From assembly GCA_048939465.1 (NCBI GenBank), contig JBHLPL010000047.1, positions 1 to 14,129 of the forward strand: a stretch of 14,129 nucleotides of DNA, read 5' to 3'. Below the pieces are notes generated by a model, which had not been told where the DNA came from, made no database searches, and saw nothing but the letters and a program-made list of their open reading frames with translations. Positions 1-7,400 of this stretch are shown one piece after another; positions within the stretch are counted from its first letter, which is position 1; the number at the start of each line of letters is the position of its first letter. The position numbers and the translations under genes are program-made. This DNA comes from Promethearchaeota archaeon (GTDB taxonomy: Archaea > Asgardarchaeota > Odinarchaeia > Odinarchaeales > JBHLKK01).

Positions 1-599
1 ATCGTGACCTGGTGCAAGCTCTCAGGAACAAGAGACCAAAAATCCCACCACATTGTGGTCGACCTAAGATTGTTTTGTGGAAGGCGCTTTTGTGTATGGA
101 TGAAGTCCATAAATTTCATCGGATCGCGTACAAAGAACACGGGTGTGTTGTTGCCAACCAAATCCCAGTTGCCGTCTTCGGTGTAGAATTTTATAGCGAA
201 TCCTCTAACGTCGCGTACGGTATCGGCTGATCCTCTTTCACCGGCAACAGTAGAGAAGCGAAGGAATACATCGGTCTTCTTACCGACTTTTGAAAAAGGT
301 TTGGCTTTTGTGTAGCGTGTGATATCGTTGGTCACAGTAAAAGTGCCATGTGCTCCTGCTCCCTTAGCATGGACAACACGTTCAGGAATACGCTCCCGAT
401 TAAAATGCGCCATTTTTTCAAAAAGGGCAAAATCTTGTACCAAGAGCGGGCCACGTGGCCCAGCAGTAAGGGAATTCTGATTATCACTGACGGGGACGCC
501 GGATGCGGTAGTCAAAGTCTTTTCTTCAGTCTTCTTTGTTTTCTCTTTCTTCAGGTTACTCGTTTTATTTCCCTCCTTTGGATTTAATCTAACAGACAT
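1..599 (-). CDS. katA: Monofunctional heme catalase (small-subunit type), 5' part only; runs off the left edge of the window
   Basis: Manual translation of the minus strand from ATG at 599: ...[59 protein letters not shown]...[61 protein letters not shown]...[15 protein letters not shown]. Contains the catalase distal-His signature [11 protein letters not shown] and the GNN catalytic Asn. No stop before position 1. The exact start is uncertain. Confidence 0.97.
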   Translation of the reverse strand, partial: MSVRLNPKEGNKTSNLKKEKTKKTEEKTLTTASGVPVSDNQNSLTAGPRGPLLVQDFALFEKMAHFNRERIPERVVHAKGAGAHGTFTVTNDITRYTKAKPFSKVGKKTDVFLRFSTVAGERGSADTVRDVRGFAIKFYTEDGNWDLVGNNTPVFFVRDPMKFMDFIHTQKRLPQNNLRSTTMWWDFWSLVPESLHQVT

Positions 600-619
600 T
601 AGTTTATTTATATATTAAC

Positions 620-630
620 TAGGTTACCTA
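620..630. promoter_or_regulatory. Short palindrome TAGGT-T-ACCTA in the catalase/PerR intergenic region
   Basis: Perfect 5-1-5 inverted repeat seen in the sequence; function inferred from position only. Confidence 0.25.
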
Positions 631-664
631 AAAATCCTCGATACTACAATTCTAGAGTGAATTC

Positions 665-687
665 TAAATAGAACTAACTTCTATTTA
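665..687. promoter_or_regulatory. Candidate operator: perfect 9-5-9 inverted repeat TAAATAGAA-CTAAC-TTCTATTTA
   Basis: Perfect dyad seen in the sequence, between divergent catalase and Fur/PerR genes and just upstream of the regulator's BRE/TATA. Confidence 0.55.
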
Positions 688-695
688 AATTTTAT

Positions 696-712
696 CCGAA
701 ATACTTTATATC
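696..712 (+). promoter_or_regulatory. Archaeal BRE/TATA promoter of the Fur/PerR gene (CCGAAATAC-TTTATATC)
   Basis: TTTATATC at 705-712 preceded by a purine-rich BRE-like CGAAAT, ~23 nt upstream of ATG 735, the geometry of a leaderless or near-leaderless transcript. Confidence 0.55.
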
Positions 713-734
713 TTACTTTGCCTAATGGAACCGC

Positions 735-1118
735 ATGAAAGAGAAGTTGAAGAAGCATGGGCTGAGGGTCACTCCACAAAGACTTGAGTTAATAAGAATA
801 CTCAAAGAGCAGGGAAGACATCACCCGTCATTTAACGATATCTGCAATGCTATAAAGAGCAAGTATCCGAATATAAGCCGGTCCACAATACTCAACAATC
901 TAAAAGAAATGACCAAACTGGATCTTATCAGTAGCTTTAGCCATAAAGGAGAGACCCGCTACGAGATGAATCCAGAACTCCATATAAATTTGGTGGCGCC
1001 AGATGGCACAATAAAAGACATCAAAGATGAAGAGATTCTGAAACATCTGGACAAGATAGTGAGATTAATAAACGAGAAAGAAAGACCGATTAAAAGCCTA
1101 CTAATCTTGGCTGAATAA
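735..1118 (+). CDS. perR: Fur/PerR-family transcriptional regulator lacking the structural CxxC motifs
   Basis: N-terminal GLRVTPQR, HPS and STILNNL winged-helix motifs; C-terminal RYE...HIN...KDI dimerisation/metal region; divergent from catalase, the typical PerR context. Family is clear; the PerR subfamily is inferred from context. Confidence 0.85.
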   Translation: MKEKLKKHGLRVTPQRLELIRILKEQGRHHPSFNDICNAIKSKYPNISRSTILNNLKEMTKLDLISSFSHKGETRYEMNPELHINLVAPDGTIKDIKDEEILKHLDKIVRLINEKERPIKSLLILAE

Positions 1119-1123
1119 GATAG

Positions 1124-1167
1124 TCCACGCCTCGGAAAGCCTAATTCTTTCGAGAAGGAGTTGTGGA
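1124..1167. terminator. Possible hairpin between the convergent perR and MTase genes
   Basis: TCCAC(1124-1128) pairs with GTGGA(1163-1167); inner CTCG-G-AAAG pairs with CTTT-CGAG (1131-1154). The terminator role is inferred only from position. Confidence 0.25.
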
Positions 1168-1174
1168 AACAAAC

Positions 1175-2236
1175 TCAATGCGTACTAAGGATTTTTTGAA
1201 TGGCGTGAGGTAACTCTTCACCAGTGGCGTTGTAAAGAGTAAAAGCCCTACAATTGTTCAGCTCTAATAACCTCTTCACGGATATTCTAATTGCATGTGG
1301 TGAGCTATCGATACCAATCCATCTTCTGTTCAGATTTTCAGATGCAACTAATGTTGTTCCTGACCCAGAAAATGCATCAAGTACAATATCCCCAGGATCA
1401 GAAGAAGTCTGAACAATCACCTCGAGCATTTCTAAGCTCTTTTCGGTCGGATACGATGGGTATTGGGGGTCTTTAAATTCCCAAATGTCCTGTCTTTTTT
1501 TCCCTCGTTTGACATATTCGTCTGCAAATATCTTTTTGCGAGGAACTCCTCTGCTTGACCACTCTATCAACCCGTTTCTGTCTAACTCCTCTAATACTTC
1601 CGGAGGATACCTCCAGTGCCTTCCCTTGGGAGGTGATACTTCCCTCCAAGGTTGACCAGTAGCCCCATTCTTTGTTTCACCTGGAGCATGAAGAGGATTG
1701 GTCGTGTACCTCCTCCCACCTTCATCAAGTCTAGGAAACAGTCGGTGAATTTCCTCCTCTGTGAATGGTGCTCTCTGATCATTCCATAAGTATTCGTCTG
1801 TCTTTGAGTAGAATAGAATCATATCTTTTATGTTCCCGTATGCTCGTCTAGGGAAATTCTTGGGATTACATTTTATTCTTGTAATATCATTTATGAAGTG
1901 TTCTTTACCGAAAACCTCATCCATTATGACTTTTACGTAGTGTCCAACCCTACAATCAATATGAACATAGATTGAACCATCCTCTGAAAGAATTTCTCTC
2001 ATTAGAATTAGTCGTCTTCTCAGAAACTCGAAATACTCACCTCCGTGGATTTTATCTTCATAGGCGATCTCATCCTTGGCGCCAGAACTTATCGTTGCAG
2101 CTCTTGATTCGCCCAACCTGAATTGATGAGTTGTCGAGAAGGGAGGGTCTATGTAAATCAATTTAACTGATCCTTTGATACTGGCATTTCCCATTAGCTT
2201 CTCCATAGCCGGTAAGCAATCTCCAAAAATGAGCAT
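1175..2236 (-). CDS. Site-specific DNA methyltransferase (amino-MTase, m6A/m4C, beta class); true N-terminus probably further upstream
   Basis: Motif IV LIYIDPPF near the N-terminus and motif I VLDAFSGSGTT near the C-terminus (beta order); P-x-EKS-x-x-L and WIGID motifs. The frame stays open without a canonical start back to 2339. Confidence 0.92.
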   Translation of the reverse strand: MLIFGDCLPAMEKLMGNASIKGSVKLIYIDPPFSTTHQFRLGESRAATISSGAKDEIAYEDKIHGGEYFEFLRRRLILMREILSEDGSIYVHIDCRVGHYVKVIMDEVFGKEHFINDITRIKCNPKNFPRRAYGNIKDMILFYSKTDEYLWNDQRAPFTEEEIHRLFPRLDEGGRRYTTNPLHAPGETKNGATGQPWREVSPPKGRHWRYPPEVLEELDRNGLIEWSSRGVPRKKIFADEYVKRGKKRQDIWEFKDPQYPSYPTEKSLEMLEVIVQTSSDPGDIVLDAFSGSGTTLVASENLNRRWIGIDSSPHAIRISVKRLLELNNCRAFTLYNATGEELPHAIQKILSTH

Positions 2237-2589
2237 TCCAGCTCGTTCATTATCCGATGTTTGAGCTTTTCCCAGCTCTCTTACTTCCTCTAAGTTGACT
2301 ACAGGTATTTCATATGTGATATTTCTCCCCCCGATTCTCTATCAGGATATGCTTGTTTGCATCCGTGTTTCATCTACTTCGCCCTAGAGCTCTTTTGTAT
2401 CTTACCGACTCGATAGCTAGTTTCTCTTCAGATTGGTTCAATTTTATGCGTTAAAGCGATTCTCCATCTTGAAGCTTTCTGTCGTTAACGTATTAATAAT
2501 TCTTTTAATCCTTCCTTAGACCTGTCAGTGTTTGAGACAATTGCTGTAGCATAAACAGAAAATTACCAATATCTCTCGCTCAATGTGAA

Positions 2590-2609
2590 ATTAGAACATA
2601 TGTTCTAAT
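2590..2609. promoter_or_regulatory. Perfect 20-bp palindrome ATTAGAACATATGTTCTAAT (core GAAC-ATAT-GTTC)
   Basis: Seen directly. Lies in the intergenic region downstream of EamA and upstream of the MTase. Operator versus terminator hairpin is unresolved. Confidence 0.5.
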
Positions 2610-2674
2610 GAAGGACTTAGCTTTCCAGCTCTAGCTAATCGCAGTGTTCCAATAAGGGTCTTGGATTTTGATAT

Positions 2675-3601
2675 TTATGTAGACAAGGTAGTATTCTGCG
2701 ACCTATAGACAAGGTATATGCCCAAAATCATCATTAATCCAACAGAAATCTGAATCAAGCTTATGGTTTCTCCAAGGAACAAGAACGCGAATATTACGCC
2801 AAACATTGTTGAGGTAGAAAAAATGACTCCTGTTTTTGACACCCCGATTTCTCGTAATGCAAGAAGAAAGAGAATCAACGAGAATCCGATGCCGAGTGTA
2901 CCCACAATGAAAAGATATGGAAGAGACAGAAGGGTGATTCCCCAGCCGATTCCTAACGGAAGGGAGGAGAGTAGCAAAATACTTCCCCCCAATGAGCATT
3001 TAATAGCCGTTATTTGAATAAGATTCTCCTGAATAGAGATTTTTCTGCTCAGATTATTATCAATGCCCCAAAACAAGCACGCCAATAGAATCAACATATT
3101 ACCTAATAGCCCTTCACTGAGATCTATCTGAAAAAGACTCCCATGAACCGTCAATATGAATGAACCAAGTATCAATATCCCAATACCGGTGTAATCCTTT
3201 TTGAGTAATCTTTCACCTAAAAAGGCGAATGCAATTAGAATTGTAAACAGTGTTTCAGTATTGAGAAGCAAGGAGGAGTTTGCAGCCGTAGTATTGGCCA
3301 GTCCATAATTGAAGAATAAAGGAGCAAGTATTGAGCCAAACAGTGTTATCGCTAGAAGTAACATATAGTCTCTTCTAGTCATAGATTCCTCACTCTTTGA
3401 AGGAGTCTCAAGCAAAGCCAGAATCTTTTTTCTTGCTGGTGTGAAATTGATGACTAATAACGTTGTCCCAGCGGTAAAATAAGTCAAACCGGCCACAACT
3501 AGAGGATCCACATCAACAAGAAGAATTTTGTTCAGGGACGCAACAAGCCCAAATAGCACTGCAGATAGAAGTGCTCCAACATATCCCCAATGATGACTCA
3601 T
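2675..3601 (-). CDS. EamA/DMT-family membrane transporter (two EamA repeats)
   Basis: About 10 hydrophobic segments; G...A..SSLLLNTETLFTILIAF.FLGE and G......FST..MFGVIFAFLFLGE repeat motifs. Confidence 0.9.
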   Translation of the reverse strand: MSHHWGYVGALLSAVLFGLVASLNKILLVDVDPLVVAGLTYFTAGTTLLVINFTPARKKILALLETPSKSEESMTRRDYMLLLAITLFGSILAPLFFNYGLANTTAANSSLLLNTETLFTILIAFAFLGERLLKKDYTGIGILILGSFILTVHGSLFQIDLSEGLLGNMLILLACLFWGIDNNLSRKISIQENLIQITAIKCSLGGSILLLSSLPLGIGWGITLLSLPYLFIVGTLGIGFSLILFLLALREIGVSKTGVIFSTSTMFGVIFAFLFLGETISLIQISVGLMMILGIYLVYRSQNTTLST

Positions 3602-3665
3602 TTGTTAACGCCCCTTCTTTCAAAGTTTAAGGTTCAAGGAATAAATAGGTTTGGCTTCAAGCCTC

Positions 3666-3701
3666 ATTATTCAGAGATATCCAACGAATGTGCTGAATAA
3701 T
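3666..3701. promoter_or_regulatory. Inverted repeat ATTATTCAG-N18-CTGAATAAT in the divergent EamA/ICMT promoter region
   Basis: Perfect 9-bp arms seen in the sequence; function inferred. Confidence 0.3.
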
Positions 3702-3791
3702 ATTTATGAATGCACGGTTAACTGTTTATCATATCTTAGTAATATGTTATGGTCAAAATCAGATTGACTATTTAGCTCAGGACGGATATCA

Positions 3792-4427
3792 ATGAGTGAA
3801 GATTTACTCTTTCGTATTCTCTTGATCCTGCTTTTTGGGATATTTGCCAGCATTAGGATCTTTTATAGAACCAGAAGCTCTGCACCCGCGCAAAAAGGGG
3901 CCAAACAGAGAGAGGGGATCAAGAAGATTGGTGGGTGGGCAGGAATCGTCCTATCTTTCGGCATTATAGGCATGCTGATTTCGGTTATCCTCTACCTTCT
4001 TGCACCAGCATGGTTTTTATGGTCACAACTTCCACTGCCAACTGTGATACGGGCGATTGGAGTTCTGACTTTAATCAGCTCACTCCCGATTCTTATCTGG
4101 ACCCATCGGACCCTTGGAAAATACTATGCTGCGGTTTTGGAGCTTAAAGAGAAACACACACTAATTACCAGCGGACCTTATTCACGAATTCGACACCCCA
4201 TGTATACCGTATTCATCATATTCACAATATCCTTAGCACTAATAAGCTCAAATCTGTTCGTTATAGTCTTCTCTATCTTCGTCATCATTCCATTCCCATC
4301 AATAGCCAAACAAGAAGAACAGATGCTACTTGGTTTATTTGGGGATGAATACCGTGATTATATGAGGCAAACAAACCGATTCTTCCCGCTGAAACGCCGA
4401 CAAAAGGAAACCGAGTTGAAAAGGTGA
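3792..4427 (+). CDS. Isoprenylcysteine carboxyl methyltransferase (ICMT/STE14/PEMT)-family membrane protein
   Basis: LG...H.LIT.GPYSRIRHPMY and EE..L...FG.EY..Y...T.RFFP motifs with several transmembrane helices. Confidence 0.9.
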   Translation: MSEDLLFRILLILLFGIFASIRIFYRTRSSAPAQKGAKQREGIKKIGGWAGIVLSFGIIGMLISVILYLLAPAWFLWSQLPLPTVIRAIGVLTLISSLPILIWTHRTLGKYYAAVLELKEKHTLITSGPYSRIRHPMYTVFIIFTISLALISSNLFVIVFSIFVIIPFPSIAKQEEQMLLGLFGDEYRDYMRQTNRFFPLKRRQKETELKR

Positions 4428-4467
4428 AAGAATATGAAGAGAAAATATCTTACAGTCAAAGAATAAG

Positions 4468-7400
4468 TCATAAGTATAGACTTAATGTAGATTGTGTTGA
4501 TTTTTCATCTTCAAACAGCGAGTTTATGCTCATTTCGATTATTTCTAGACGATGGCTTAGATACTGTGGCAAATCATACTTCTGAATTATCTCTTTGGCA
4601 ATTGAGAGATATTTTTTGATTCCTCCCTGGTAGACTGTGGGTACTATCTTTCCTTTGCACCTAGGACAGTGTCCGACTAGAGGTATCCTCCTAAATTTCG
4701 AGTTGCAGGACATACATCGGAACTGTTGTTTGGTGAATTTGACTAGATTCCCGACCATATCAGGAATGAAGTGAGATGTGATAACGCGTTCTGCTACATC
4801 CTTTAGGTCGACCGCACGGATTTTTTCGGCTATTTTGAGTTGAGCTCGCACTTTTTCTGCCATTGTTTTGAACCGTTTGTATGCAGTTGCGCTCGGCCCA
4901 CTGCTGATGCTCGTAGTGTTGTGGGAGAAGTTGAAGCCCTCGTACTGCTGGGGGGTGTTCAGTCTGTGCGATACTAGATCTATTAAGGGTTCGGCGTCCT
5001 TTGGGTTGCTGATTTTCATGGTTTTTTCGTAGAATTCTAAGGGGTAGGAAGAGGCGGTGTCCATGTTGTGAGCCTCGTCATCGATTTCGAGAGGATTTAT
5101 TTTAGTGGAAATGACGAGGGGGGCGTCCATCATTCCTCCTCGTTTCTCGGGTAAATAATAACGTGAGAAGTTTAAAAGGGCGTCTAGGACCAGTATCAAG
5201 GAGTCTTCGTCCCCGTCACATTGCTTAGTTAAAAGGTTATTCATTAACATATTATGTGAATCAATTCGACCTTCTTTTGGTATTTCTACTTCTAGGCAAT
5301 AAGAGGGCTGTTCTAAGATTGAGTGCTTAAGGCTTTTTATTTGATCAATAATTACTTTTTCGCCAACTCTCCATAGCTTGCTTGTCTTTGGTAATCCTTT
5401 TTTAATTAGAATACGTAGTGATTCAGCCTTGGATTTCTTGGTCAGCTTCAGATGTTCTAAAAGCAATTCATTCTCTAAACCTTGAATATTGACATGGAAT
5501 AGACTTGAATTCTCTTTAGGCTTTTTACCCAGTTCTCTGTACCTTTCTAATACTTTCTTGCCATACCTAGCTCCCTTTTGGTGAGATATTCTAGTAAAGA
5601 TTCCTAGTCCGCAAAGGAAAAGGCAGTAATCATGTGCAAGCTTCTCATTTGCAGTATAGATTGTAATCCTTCGACTGCGGTGAATTACAGATCCGTCTCC
5701 ATCTATCAGAGAAGAAAGAAACTCAAACTTTAGATTCAAAGGAAGAGTGTAAACAAATCCTGGAATGCGCTTAGTATGAGCATTAGTTCCTGCATTCCAG
5801 GCATAAGATATAAGATAGCTGTGTATTCGACTAGAGTGTACTAGTTGCTTATTATCCCTCGAATAGTAAGGTTCAGATCCGAAAAGAGTTTTGATGAGAC
5901 TTCTAACATGAGCTCGAAGCTCAGGATCAGGTAGACTAAAATTCGTCTGATAGCACCCATAACAGTCCCTTGAATAGCCTTCAGAAATATAGTATCCAAG
6001 CAAACGGAGAAGATCCGTTGTAAAAGGAATGTACGGAGAGACTGTCTTATCATCACGAGCCATGCCCAGCCGGGCTGTTTTCGGTATTTCATCCCAGTCA
6101 AACACTTCTTCTTTCCAGAGGACCTCAAGATGGCTAAGCGGTATAGATTCATACCAGCTACTATTGAAGGGTTTGCGATACGGTTTTTCGGGAAGTTTTG
6201 GCGAAAAATGTTTTCCTATGATTAGCGAAATTTGCCGTTTGGTAAGTTTTTCATCCTTTTGCAGTTCAAGGATGTACTTTCGAAGCTTCTTCCTAATCCA
6301 GTCGCCTGCGCCTCGAAGACGTACCTGGTGTTTAAATTTCCGGAATTTGAGCGTATCGGGCAGTTTTGTAGATAGTTCCTTCAGGACGTTTACGTGATCT
6401 GGAGGCCGAATTTCAGGAATAGGCAGACTCGTAAGCGTCGGTATAAGATTGCCAGGCTCTAGAAATGCAGCCTTTCTACCTTCAAATTTCTCAGTCTGTG
6501 GATTATAGACGAGCGCCATATGTTCTGGTGTCATCTTGAGCTTACGACCGGTGGCGGTGGTGATGGAGATCCACCGATTGTGTGTTCCTCTTATCCAGTG
6601 TCTAATAGGCTGGAGGATCGGCTCACCCGTCTCCGGACTGAGGCTTATGGCACGGTACTCCTGATTCAGATTCTCAACAGCCACGGTGCCAAAATCATCA
6701 ACTACGGTTCGTTTTGCACCGTTCTGCAGAGCATTTTCCACGAAATACCCGATCGGCTTCGAAACTACTTCTCCAGTTTCCGCATTATATACAGGGAGCG
6801 CCTCGCCCCCGGCAACGCAATTCCGCCTCTTGGCAGCATGCCAGTACGGATGAGCATAACACACATTGGTCCTCGTAAACCCAACGATCCGCCCGATAAT
6901 ACCTGCCGACGTGTGAGGCGCCAACCCGATAACAAGATGCCCGATCAAATCCTCTTCATTCTTCACACCGTAGTGGGCATCCATTCCATACACTCTCGTG
7001 AGAAGATCGTCAACATACTTTGCGACCTTCACCAAATACCGGGCACATTTCTCCGGCACAACTATGTCTTGAGGTTTCAGTTCCAGTATTTGATCCGGTT
7101 TTTCCAAAGATTCGCCTTTGTGGTCCTCTAAATATCCCAACTCCTTTAGCTTTTCAACCGGAGTATTAACCTCACCGGGAACAAAATGTGTCAAAGGCGC
7201 ATCTGTCGCATCAAAACGAACGGTTCCATCCTTGTAGACAAAAATATCGTGCTTTGCACGCAAGATACCTTTTTCGAGGGGTTCTGGGACCTTAAATTCA
7301 CTAGTTAGACCCCTTACGCCTTTTACCGCAATGCCTTTTAACGCGATTTCTGATTTGGGAATCTTCATTCTTTTTAGCGCATTGTCAAACAACTTGGCGA

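Noticed and set aside
4-587. Plus-strand ORFs 4..186, 12..230 and 348..587
   Set aside because: Antisense shadows of the catalase gene, which has unambiguous family motifs on the minus strand.
1291-1782. ORFs 1291..1476 (+) and 1591..1782 (-)
   Set aside because: Short shadow or alternate-frame ORFs inside the MTase, with no motifs.
2340-2580. Short minus-strand ORF fragments upstream of the MTase as a possible restriction-endonuclease remnant
   Set aside because: No recognisable PD-(D/E)xK or HNH motif; fragments are under 30 aa. Cannot be supported without a search.
2236-2632. Three near-repeats of (T/C)CCAGCTC and the similar strings AGCTTTTCCCAGCTCT / AGCTTTCCAGCTCT
   Set aside because: Short, irregularly spaced and with indels; compatible with chance. 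Not a CRISPR array or a convincing target-site duplication.
2703-4147. ORFs 2703..2999, 2763..3017 and 3935..4147
   Set aside because: Overlap EamA or ICMT in other frames and have no independent signals.
3792-4427. ICMT as a eukaryote-like prenylation signature
   Set aside because: ICMT-family proteins are widespread in prokaryotes, and no CaaX substrate or prenyltransferase is in the window.
4468-4494. DP2 C-terminal QSTLSLYL as a novel feature
   Set aside because: PIP-box-like tails are already known for DP2; expected rather than novel.
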